Of a DNA stretch of 64,000 bases, positions 9,926 through 19,625 are shown in pieces. Source of the stretch: Afipia sp. (lineage in GTDB: Bacteria; Pseudomonadota; Alphaproteobacteria; Rhizobiales; Xanthobacteraceae); the NCBI GenBank assembly GCA_024707075.1, contig JANQAK010000005.1, positions 101,362-165,361 of the forward strand, written 5' to 3'. The position numbers were made by a program, and so were the translations under genes. Below the pieces are notes generated by a model. That model saw nothing but the letters and a program-made list of their open reading frames with translations, was not told the DNA's origin and did not search any database. The stretch's first letter is position 1. Each line of letters begins with the position of its first letter.

Positions 9926-11338
9926 TCAGAAGCCAAAAACTTTCCCGATACTCTGCACGCCCTCGGCGAGCGCATTTCCAGCCTTTACGATCTCGTTGTT
10001 TTTCCCCGGGCCATTCCTAACGTCGCTGAGCCCATTATTGACGGCCTTTATGACCTCTCCGTTTGGTCCTGGTGCAAGCACGTTGTTTTGCCAGAGTTGG
10101 TAGGCTTGGTAAGCCACGCTGTTATCTCCGAGCGTCGTCCTCATCTGGGCATCGACACTCCTCAAGAATTTTCGATATTCGTTATTTGGTCCGAAGCAGC
10201 CATCGTTGGTTGCGATGCCATGCTGCCAACACTTGTCGAGTTCTCGCGTCAGAAGCTGTCCGCCCGTGCAAGCGGCAAAGGCGTGAGGTTGGCCGCCCGT
10301 GGATATGGCGCAAGATATCGCGATCTGTTGTTCTGGCGTAAGGTCTTTGGCGAGGGCGCACACTACAGCAGTTTTATAATCTCCCTTGTTCTTAGTAATG
10401 CAGGATAGGTAATACCTCTCGTTGGACCCGAGTGTGCTGTCACCGATGCATTGGGCGACCTGGTAGTTGTCCTGGCCTCCAGTTTGTTTCGTGCAGTCAT
10501 TGACCGCTTTAAACTTATCGTAGGCTTTTACAACATCGTTGCGCCCCGTCGAGCATGCGAGCGCACGACCGCTGTCGGTTTGGTTGGATGCGATGCATTG
10601 CTTCGTGATCTGGTATTCTTTCGGCATCGCGCTCTCGACCACACAAGAGTAGAAAGCGTCTCGTCCATTCGTGTTCTGGTGGCAGCTTCGCAACTGCTGC
10701 TCATTTGGGAGGGGAGGCCGGGCAAGTTGAACGCCGGTATTAAGTCCAGGATTGGATGCGCCTGGTTGTCCGGGAAGCACTACGCTAATCGTTGGGCTGA
10801 TCTGGCCAAATCCCGCCTGATCGGGATCGAATGGCAATATTGGCGGGGCACCCGGGATAACAGGTACTGGCAGGGGGCACATAAGGGCTCCCGGCCAGCC
10901 GCAAGGTAGGCCCATTTGGCAGAACGGCGAGCCCACAGCTCCGCAGGAAAAAGCCACCGGGAACGGTGGTAATGGATAGCCGGGTGGTGGAGGGCAAGGA
11001 ATTGTACCAGGTTGATTACAATTGCGGGCTACGGGACATGGTGGCGTTCCAGCCGCGCCGCAAAAGGGCACTCCCGGGGGAGGCGGCGGAGGCGCTGCCG
11101 CCGTCATAATACCGCTTTCGCCAAAGCAGGGCCCTCCCTGCATGCAGCTTAAAAAAGTAGGAGTGTCCACGAATAGCCCGCTGCACATTTGCATGAGTTG
11201 GGGATTGATAGCCCCTGACTGGACACAAAGGGCAATGCGCTGACGTGGCGATGGCATCTGACTGAAAGCGGCATCTGGCCCACCAGAAATACTCGACAAT
11301 GCTAACAAAAAAACAAAAATCTGCAAAAGATGGCGCAT
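9926..11338 (-). CDS. Exported Cys/Pro-rich repeat protein (470 aa)
   Basis: Signal peptide-like N-terminus, C-x3-G-x3-C x4, C-x12-14-C hairpins. Confidence 0.75.
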   Translation of the reverse strand: MRHLLQIFVFLLALSSISGGPDAAFSQMPSPRQRIALCVQSGAINPQLMQMCSGLFVDTPTFLSCMQGGPCFGESGIMTAAAPPPPPPGVPFCGAAGTPPCPVARNCNQPGTIPCPPPPGYPLPPFPVAFSCGAVGSPFCQMGLPCGWPGALMCPLPVPVIPGAPPILPFDPDQAGFGQISPTISVVLPGQPGASNPGLNTGVQLARPPLPNEQQLRSCHQNTNGRDAFYSCVVESAMPKEYQITKQCIASNQTDSGRALACSTGRNDVVKAYDKFKAVNDCTKQTGGQDNYQVAQCIGDSTLGSNERYYLSCITKNKGDYKTAVVCALAKDLTPEQQIAISCAISTGGQPHAFAACTGGQLLTRELDKCWQHGIATNDGCFGPNNEYRKFLRSVDAQMRTTLGDNSVAYQAYQLWQNNVLAPGPNGEVIKAVNNGLSDVRNGPGKNNEIVKAGNALAEGVQSIGKVFGF

Positions 11339-11415
11339 CGTCCTCTCCTGGAAGGTGGCCTAAAAACTGGTCCGTTTGTCTACCGGGCTCCGCGTATAGC
11401 GGAGCCGACAATTTC

Positions 11416-13066
11416 TTAGGTGTCGACTTGCGCAAAAAATTTGCGCCGAATGGACCTTTCAGTCTTACCGAAATAGTCCTTCCACCAGTCACCTGTCTCG
11501 AGTGGCTTGGGCGGTGTCTTCCGCCATTTCAAGTTCTCTGAAGGCGTGGTGGGAGTAGAGCCGCATAAACTCGCCGAGATAAATATCAGCTACGCGCTTG
11601 TTGCCGCGTATGACGAGCATGTTTTCGTCATTGTTAGTAGTCGAAGCGTCACTGAAGTTGGCAGAGCCAGCGATAACAATTGGATCATCGGAAAGAGGGT
11701 CAACGAGCATGAATTTATTATGCACGTACCGGACGTTCGTATTCAGTGTGGTGAGCTTCTCCTTGACCCATCCGTCGTACTTGTTGGTACGAATGAAGTC
11801 GCCAATCGCGAACGTGTTTTCCGGCATATTGCGGAGGTCCTGAATATCCTTCAGTTCCTTGTCTTTCTCCGGGCTGTCTTTCATGGGGCGCGTTGCCTTC
11901 TCAAGCAAGGCAAGCCGGAACTGCGCGTTATTCTTGCGATAAACGTCCTTCCAGACCTTGTTCATGCCGAAGGCGAACGTCATCATCAGTCCATCCTTTC
12001 GCCTGTCCCGCGATGGCGGCGTACCAGTTGAGTGCGCCAAGGCCATTGCGAGGGCTAAAAAGATGACCGTTGTTCCCTTGGCGGGTGAGCCCTTTGGCAA
12101 CGGTGTCAGTGCCTCGACGTCATTGCGGGCATCTGGGGTTTCGGGGTCTTCGACGAGTAATTTCCAGTAGTCGAAAAACTTCTTCGCAATTTCCTTGTTC
12201 TCAACAAGATGCCCCACATTGGAATGGCCGAAGATGCCGCCGTCGGAGAAATTCGTGCCGCCCGTCCACACTGATAGCGGCTTGCCGCCCCGCAAGTGAA
12301 CGATAAATTTGTTGTGCGAGATATAGGACGGGCCTTTCTTGCGCGGTGTACAGAAGGAGCCGATGCCTGCCGCTTTGATCGCGGCGCGATTTTTCTTGCC
12401 CGGGTCGGGTTTGCGATTGTCAAACACCACCTGAACATCCACGCCACGATTTTTCGCGCTTTTCAGCAGCTCTAGGAAGGGGATGTAATGAAATTCGTAA
12501 GCCGCAATACGCAGGCCATCACCGCGCTTGCAAGCTTTGACGTAGCCTTCCATCGCTTCATAGAGACCGCGTGATAGCCAAATCCATGCCTGATTGTTTG
12601 CAACATCTTTGGGCTGCTTATCACCAAAGCGTGCGACATATGCTTGCGAAGCGGCGACGCCACGGTTGAAGTAGATGTCTTGGTCGCCGCCCTCCGGACT
12701 TTCCGTGGTGATATCTATGGAGGTCTCTTTGAACACCGCTAAATCGCTTGGGTCGCCCTTAAGCGCCGACACCGTATAGGTATACTTGTGGCCTGGCTCT
12801 GCCGAATAGTCTGCCCACTGAAAGCTTTGAATGGGCTGTTCGCGCGTCGAGTAATGCGCTGGAACGGGAAAGCCGGGGTCCGTCTCAGCAAAGGCTTTCA
12901 TGCCTTGCATGTATCCTGCTTCGTCTGAAGTATGATCTGCCCGGTGGATCGCAAATCCTCTCAACCCAGCGCATTGCGCTTTCGGAAGATCGAAACCGAG
13001 CGTCACAACGTAGGTGCCTGAAACGGCATAGACCTTGAGGCCATTCTTGGTCTTCGAGACTCTCAT
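11416..13066 (-). CDS. Phospholipase D-superfamily protein (two HxK motifs); frameshifts at ~12060/~12000 (compensating) and ~11545
   Basis: SHNKFIV...WTGGTNFS and VHNKFML...IAGSANFS; alternative frames give SPRNGLGALNWYAAIAGQA and LKWRK...WWKDYFG...RRKFFAQVDT*. Confidence 0.85.
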
Positions 13067-13375
13067 AAAATTCTCCTGAAAATTAATTGCAAACTCTGGC
13101 GACGCGTGTCCGTAACAGAACCGGTCGATCGGAATAAAAATGCAATGATAGAAAGAGGGGTCAAAAACGTCGCGATTGAAACACTGACGTTAAAGATTTG
13201 CAATCAGCAGTTGCTGTCATAATTATGTGTCAGCCCCGCCATCCCGGAAGGTCGCAGCGGCTATTACTTCCAGCTCGCCTACGGCTTTTCGGAGCTTTCG
13301 GGCGGGGGTCTGGGGCTTGCCCCCAGCGGCGTGTATTCAACAGACGAATGACACCACGCTTTCGTCAGAGACTGA

Positions 13376-14300
13376 TCACTGAAAGGTAAATTTCGCTGAA
13401 TCGCGCGACGTATTGATGCGAAAAAAACCTTTCCGCGCTTCTCCCGCAATACACTGCTCGCCCACGCGAACGACCCTGTATGTTTGCCGAGGGCTGACGC
13501 AGGCATATGCTGTATCTCCGGCCCACTGATGGCCTCGTTGCTCAGCTTGTCCCGCTGCGAAAACAGCAAGGTCGGCTTTCGGAAACATTCCGGCTTCGGT
13601 GCATTTTCCAGGAGGGATGGAGAACCAACCGCTTAGCATGCGTTTTTTGGCATCATAGGGATGCTGGTGGTAGAGAATTGCTGCAGCATTAACGGAACTG
13701 GTATTGCACAAGGTAGTTGCGATCGTTTCAATTCGGTTCGATTGGTCAGTTGAAGGAGAAGTCTTCGCATTTGCTACAGGAACAGGAGTCAGCCGATAAA
13801 CAAGCTGAGCGGAATTTGCATAGGATCTCAATGCCGAGAATAACTTCTCGTTATCGTCAAAATAGCAGGTAGAAATGTAACCTCCTGAAACCTTCTCCTT
13901 GGGTGGATATTGTTCGGCGGCTGGGGTTTCCAGAAAGCCGCTGCAGTCTGGTCCATAGATTAAGATGGCTCCATCTTTGACACGCACCAAAGCGTAACTA
14001 TGCTCCGACCTTAAGCCGTAATCCAACACATATAAATCTCGATCGAGCTCATAGAAATTTGCTGTTGTACTGACGTTGCCGTCTCCAGAAATCTTGTAAA
14101 AATCGTTAGATATCTCGACGGTCATGGGATTCTCCGTTTTCCAGAGACCCTCGCTAAATTTCTCCACTTTGTATTGGCCCGCGGCAAAGGGGAAAACCGA
14201 AACGCTAGTATCAAAAACAGCTTCTTTGGAGAGAAAGCATCCCTGCACGAGGAAACAGATACACATCATCCAAATTGCACGGATAAAGCGGTTTACTCCT
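13376..14300 (-). CDS. Probable lipoprotein with C-terminal DUF1036-like domain (start uncertain)
   Basis: FLVQGC lipobox-like; TLCNTS...GWFSIPPGKC...WAG...CV. Confidence 0.6.
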
Positions 14301-14345
14301 ATGGATTGCGTGCACCGCTCGTGCAAAGGTATGGCCCTATTCATT

Positions 14346-14837
14346 ATGTCTCGACGCATGTCCAAGAGCGTTTGTTTTACGGTTAGGTGTTGGAAGGTCG
14401 CCGGGTGGTCAACGCTGGCACTGATGACGTTTTCTATGCTGGAGTTGCCGAGGCTTCGCGCGCAGAACGCTTCTAAGGTCAGCACTCTCACTTTCTCAAT
14501 CTGCAATAAGACGTCGAAAACGATAAGTGCAATTATTGTGCGTCGCTCGACATTTGACGAAAACTGGTGGTTGGAGGGCTGGTACGCTGCCGCTCCCAAT
14601 TCGTGCAAAGACGTTAGTGGAATTCCCCGTGGCTATTTCTATTATTATGTGACCCAGGAAGGCACGAATACTATTTGGTCAGGTGATGCGCGCCGCGTGT
14701 GCGTCGATACTAGGGTAGTGGAGAGAGTTATCTTCCCGAAGGAGCAATGTTTAACGGGAGAGACGAATGCGGGATTTGCTGAGGCTTTTAGTCTAAGTGA
14801 TAAGATCGAGTTGCCCTTCATGGATAAGGTCCGCTAG
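14346..14837 (+). CDS. Exported DUF1036-like protein
   Basis: FSICNKT...EGWYAAAPNSC...YYY...WSG...CV pattern. Confidence 0.7.
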   Translation: MSRRMSKSVCFTVRCWKVAGWSTLALMTFSMLELPRLRAQNASKVSTLTFSICNKTSKTISAIIVRRSTFDENWWLEGWYAAAPNSCKDVSGIPRGYFYYYVTQEGTNTIWSGDARRVCVDTRVVERVIFPKEQCLTGETNAGFAEAFSLSDKIELPFMDKVR

Positions 14838-15520
14838 CGGAGATTAATCCAGGCTGGCGGACTTCCGCGACCGAATGGCTCGATGTCTAATTGAGGAGGA
14901 GGAGCAAAGCTTCCGTCGGCACATACCCCGAGGTCACCTTTGACGTTGTAGTCCACGCATGGGTCTCCAAGTACCGAGCTGTCAGCTCTGTCGAGTTTGC
15001 GCTGTTCATCACGTGCAGCCTGACGGGCTAAAATGTAATCGTAACTGGCCAGAACGCCGCCCACTAACAACGCGGTGCCTCCTATGCCCAAAGCCAGCGG
15101 ACACCCCAAACCTGCCGTGCCAACACAGATCTCGGCTGCCGCCCCCATGCCGATCTCAGCTACGCCCCATCCAATAAATGCGCGGCCGCGTGCGTGGGTT
15201 TTATCTTGGCCCTGCCCGCGCCCCTCATCGTAGGTATCGTAGGCATTCCATGCGGCAAAGGCTCCGCCCGTTACTTTTAATGGTATTGTCGGAAGCTTAT
15301 TTCGCTCGGCCAATATTGTTAACGCTGAGATCGATGCTTCGGCAGTTAGTCGGGTCTCCTTTACTGCCATTTCTGATGGAGAGGCGTCGAGAATCTGTAT
15401 CTGACTTTTTTGAGCAGCAGCCTTTACAACGAAGGGCCAGGGTGATCCATCAAAGCCACAGAAGAAAGTCGTGGAGGCGACCGTCGCCGCCCTCAGTATT
15501 CGAAATGAGCAGCTCATCAA
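14834..15520 (-). CDS. Hypothetical protein with Gly-rich hydrophobic hairpin
   Basis: GWGVAEIGMGAAAEICVGTAGLGCPLALGIGGTALLVGGVLA. Confidence 0.6.
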   Translation of the reverse strand: MMSCSFRILRAATVASTTFFCGFDGSPWPFVVKAAAQKSQIQILDASPSEMAVKETRLTAEASISALTILAERNKLPTIPLKVTGGAFAAWNAYDTYDEGRGQGQDKTHARGRAFIGWGVAEIGMGAAAEICVGTAGLGCPLALGIGGTALLVGGVLASYDYILARQAARDEQRKLDRADSSVLGDPCVDYNVKGDLGVCADGSFAPPPQLDIEPFGRGSPPAWINLR

Positions 15521-15548
15521 GATTCCTCACAAGTATGTTCTGCAAAAA

Positions 15549-16373
15549 TCAATAAGAAAAGAAGATGCGCGCTTTCTTTACTTGGCATGAGGGAGCCGGT
15601 GTCGTTTCCAGGAAAGCGAATTCTCTGCCCAACTGATCGTCTTGCAAAATGACGTTATCGACGTTCGAAATACGCACCATTACCCTTGGGATCATGCGCT
15701 CGGCGACCTTCTTTCCCCCGGTAAAGCGGAGTGCGAAAGTTTCGCTTCCTCGATAAGCATCAATGTTTTCCACGCAAGTGGATGACAAATAGTCGTTGAC
15801 AGATTGAACGTAAGCCATCAAAGCCGTCGTGACTATCTTGGCGGCTTTTTCATCTTGCTGTAATGCCAAAATATCTCGGCGCATGCTGTCCTCATCTTTT
15901 TCCAAGAGGATGGCGGTATCTCTTTGTAATTTTGGCCGCTGCCTAAACGTACGCAAGGCAAAGTCCGAATCTTCGGAAATGCGACCTTTTCCCACCACAT
16001 AATTAAGCGCATCTCCATGGGCCAGGTAAACTACTTCCGGGCCACTCTGCTTGTTGGTGCCAATTATCGTAAAGAGATCTATTAGCGTTGAGTAAAGGAC
16101 AATGAACCGTCCGCTAGGGGACTTTTCCACACTTGAGGTGGAGATAATCATCTCTGCTAGGGCGTCGAATCCCATCGCTTGCTTGGCAGTCAGTTCTGAT
16201 GGGGAGACGCCATTCAAGCGCTCGATAGCTTCTGTAATTTTTTGTCTTAGCGCAGGCTGATTTGGAAGTTGACGCAAGATCAGGACTTCGGGAGGTCTGG
16301 TCTCCGCTTCTGCAGCTAGATTTAAAATTACGCTGGTAGTCAGAACCGCCAATAACGAAAGCCATTTCAACAT
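15549..16373 (-). CDS. Exported hypothetical protein (274 aa)
   Basis: Signal peptide MLKWLSLLAVLTTSVILNLAAEA. Confidence 0.7.
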   Translation of the reverse strand: MLKWLSLLAVLTTSVILNLAAEAETRPPEVLILRQLPNQPALRQKITEAIERLNGVSPSELTAKQAMGFDALAEMIISTSSVEKSPSGRFIVLYSTLIDLFTIIGTNKQSGPEVVYLAHGDALNYVVGKGRISEDSDFALRTFRQRPKLQRDTAILLEKDEDSMRRDILALQQDEKAAKIVTTALMAYVQSVNDYLSSTCVENIDAYRGSETFALRFTGGKKVAERMIPRVMVRISNVDNVILQDDQLGREFAFLETTPAPSCQVKKARIFFSY

Positions 16374-16669
16374 TTGGTTCAGCGCCTTTTTTGTTACTAT
16401 GCATGCTAGCTCGCGGCCTGTCCGATTAGAAGTGGTGCTTTGCTGAAGTTTGATGAATTAAGAGGCGCAAGAATACGGTTCGGACAATTGTTAGGCGCTC
16501 TAGCGAGGAACGCAAACGCGAGGGGCCGGACACACCTTTGGCCGGTTTGTCAGACCAACCACATACTTTGTCCGACGCTAAAATCGGTACTCTGAAGGGT
16601 TTCTGCTCGAGGCGTCTTGCGGCGAAATTACCGCGTATCTGAGATCGAAGAAGTCTCGATTAGGTAATT

Positions 16670-16694
16670 GCGCACTTATACATCGCTACGCGAC
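16670..16694 (-). mobile_element. oriT1 (MobQ/IncQ-pTi type)
   Basis: GCGCACTTATACATCGCTACGCGAC; minus strand has the TAAGTGCG^C nick core; TCGC/GCGA repeat; just upstream of relaxase. Confidence 0.75.
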
Positions 16695-16766
16695 AATAGG
16701 TGCACGGCCGACACAGGTGTGTCTAATGGCCGTAAGGTGTCGCAAGCGACAAGGGCAGGGAGGGCG

Positions 16767-17948
16767 ATGGCGTCTTATCATTTCTCGGCACAGGCGGTGA
16801 AACGCTCGGAAGGGCGTTCGGTCGTTGCCATGGCGGCCTATCGTGCTGGCGAGAAACTGAGAGATGAGCGTCGTGGGGTTGATGCTGATTACAGCAGGCG
16901 GCGTGGGGTTGTTCACGCCGAGATCATAGCGCCGGAAGGAAGCGCCGAATGGCTGCTTGACCGCGAGCAATTGTGGAACAGGGTTGAGAAGAGTGAAATC
17001 CGACGCGACGCACAGTTGGCGCGGGAGATCAACATGGCCTTGCCATGTGAGTTGACTGACGAGCAACGGCTTGCCCTGGTTCGGGAGTTTGTTGCTGCTG
17101 AGTTCGTATCGCTGGGGATGGTCGCGGATTTCGCCATCCACGAACCGGTTGCCGAGAAGGGGGACGATCCCCGGAATTTTCATGCGCATGTGCTGTTGAC
17201 CCTGCGCCAGGCGGGCGGCGGTGGGCTCCGCCGCGTAAAGACGCGGGAATGGAATAGCGACGCCATGCTGGCCAAATGGCGGGCCGCCTGGGCCGAACAC
17301 CAGAACAGGGTTCTGCGCGAACGCGGGCTCGCGGTGAAGGTCGATCATCGCAGTCTTGAGGTGCAGAGAGCGGAGGCCGTGGCCCGGCGCGAGCCAGGGC
17401 TGGCCGCTATGCTCGACAGGTTTGCGGAGATTCATGTGGGGCCGAAGGCCCGGAAGGCGGGCTTTGCCGGGACGCCGCAAAGTCGAGAGCGTGAGGCTGG
17501 GCCATTTCGTATACGGGAGATGCCATCTCCGGCCAGGCGCGTGGTTCGCTATCCCGAGTTGGACCAGGGCAGTCGTGGTTATGCGAACATCAAGAGGCTT
17601 AGCTCCAACGGGGAGCGGTTCGCGGCCATGGCGGCGAAGATCGAACGGCAAGCCGAGCGTATGCGCCGTAGGCAGGCTTATTACGAGTCGCTGATTGCGA
17701 AAGAGCGTTCGACCACCCAAGACCGGCAAAAATCATTTAAAGGGCGTCCTGAGCGGTATGAGCACGCCTTGAAGCGGTGCGAGCAGGTGGCGTTCTGGCT
17801 GGCGGAGCTGGATAAGCTTTTTTTCGCAGTATTGGGCATTCGCGAGAGCCAGCTTATGCGGCGCACCGTTTGGCCGAACCGGATGAGGCGGTGGCGGCGT
17901 CTTGATCTTGAGCCGACGCGGGGTGGTGGCCGGAATCGCGCGCGTTGA
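16767..17948 (+). CDS. MobA/MobL (MobQ) relaxase 1
   Basis: MASYHFSAQAVKRSEGRSVVAMAAYR, REINMALPCEL, FAIHEP...NFHAHVLLT, VDHRSL. Confidence 0.9.
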   Translation: MASYHFSAQAVKRSEGRSVVAMAAYRAGEKLRDERRGVDADYSRRRGVVHAEIIAPEGSAEWLLDREQLWNRVEKSEIRRDAQLAREINMALPCELTDEQRLALVREFVAAEFVSLGMVADFAIHEPVAEKGDDPRNFHAHVLLTLRQAGGGGLRRVKTREWNSDAMLAKWRAAWAEHQNRVLRERGLAVKVDHRSLEVQRAEAVARREPGLAAMLDRFAEIHVGPKARKAGFAGTPQSREREAGPFRIREMPSPARRVVRYPELDQGSRGYANIKRLSSNGERFAAMAAKIERQAERMRRRQAYYESLIAKERSTTQDRQKSFKGRPERYEHALKRCEQVAFWLAELDKLFFAVLGIRESQLMRRTVWPNRMRRWRRLDLEPTRGGGRNRAR

Positions 17949-19430
17949 ACTGCAGAGGCCAGCGGTCGTACTTGCCCCACCAGCGGAAATGACGCCACGA
18001 ACGGTAGTTGATTTTGGTGGCAAGCACTGGATACCGCAGCACGTCGCTGCGGTAGAATGCCAGCGCGCGGTTGCCGGGCAGGCGCATCACTTCGGAAGGA
18101 TCAAGAAGCCAGCGGCCGGTCTCCGCTATGCCGAGGGAATACTGCTGTCGCACGAAGTCGGTATTGGCCTGCGAGGTGCCCTGGTTATGGGCAAGGGAGG
18201 TGGTCTGGCCGATCATCTCCGAGATGAACCTGGCTGCTTCGAGGTCGGCGACGTTGAAGAAGACCTTGCAGGTCGCGTTGGCCAGGAATGAACCCGCGCG
18301 TTTGTAAAGCGCGCGAAGCTGGTTCAGGTCCTGAAAGATGAGCATGGGCGTGCAGTAGGCGCGCAAGTAACCGACGCCGCGTTCGAGTGGCTCAAGCGTG
18401 CCGAGCGCGGCGGCTTCGTCGAGCAGGAGCAGGACTTTGTGTTTTGGTCGCGGGCGGTTCTTGGCGCGCGTGAGTGCGTTGAGCACGCAGCCGACCATCA
18501 CGCGGAGGAATCCCGCGTAGATGGAGAGTTTCTCCTCATCGACAACGAGGTACAGCGTCTTGGTCTGGTCAACGAGTGCCGAGAGTTTGAACGTGGAGTG
18601 TGAGGAGATCGTGCCGGCAGGGCTGCCGGCCGACCATACCCGCGTAGCTTTCTCGGTGTTGGACATGACGCTGCGGAATTCCTCGCTGCCCTCCATGGCC
18701 AGGAAGCTGCCCGCCAGTTCGGCGGCTGCGCGCGGGCCATCGCGCGAGATCTGGAGCAGGAGCTCCTTGAACGATTCCGGTGGGAGCGTGGAAAGTGACC
18801 GCAGTTGAGCCAGCGTGCGGCGTTCGAGGTCCAGGCGGACCACGTGCAGGATCAGGCATGTGACCATGCCCTCCGCCTTGCTGTCCCAATGGCTTTCCTT
18901 GCCATCCGGAACGATCATGAGCTTGGCGAGCGCTTCGGCGTCGTCTTTTTCGTGGATGGTATCCACGCGAACCATGTCGAGCGGGTTGAAGCGGTCGGAA
19001 CTATGCGGATCGGTGGTGTCGAGGATACGCACCGGCCCGAACTCGCGGCGGCGACGATGGGTGATCGCACGGTTCTCGCCCTTGATGTCGGTACAGACAA
19101 CGGAGCCGCGATACTCAAGCAGGTTCGGGATGACGATGCCGACGCCTTTGCCCGCGCCCATTGGCGCGAACACGGTCACCATGCCGTCCTTGTTGAAGCG
19201 CAAAAAGAACGGCCTGTGCGGCCGATGATGGGACCATTGCCTCTCCGCACGCCTGACCAGAGCAACTCCCATGGGTTGGCGAAGCGGGCAGAGCCCAAGG
19301 CTCCCCCTGGGTTAAAGCCGCCCCAGCGATACAGCGTGCGCAACAGTGACGCTGTTCTTAGTGTGAGCCAGAAGGCGGTCCGTGCGAGCAACCAAGAGAG
19401 TTTCAACAGAAGCAAGAACGCACGCACCAT
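17854..19430 (-). CDS. VirD4/TraG-type coupling protein 1 (frameshift ~19210)
   Basis: N-terminal TM + GSARFA in ORF 19176-19445; APMGAGKG, TDIKGE, FNPLD, LLLDEAA in 17854-19272. Confidence 0.85.
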
Positions 19431-19625
19431 GCGCGAGTCTTGCACAGGGCGGGGTGAGGCTTAAGCGAATTGCAGACAGCGGGTGGCATTGTTGGGAAAG
19501 CCGGAGGGAAGGGCAGACGTAAGACATCGGAGGGCCGTACCCGCCGCCTGGCCGTCAAGGGTTATGCGAGCGGCTGCGCCGCCCTTGACTGCGGCGGCAG
19601 ATGGCGGCTGTTTGCTGGCCAGCGG

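Noticed and set aside
19176-19445. Separate MobC/TraD-like small gene
   Set aside because: It contains the TM and GSARFA N-terminus of coupling protein 1, split off by a frameshift
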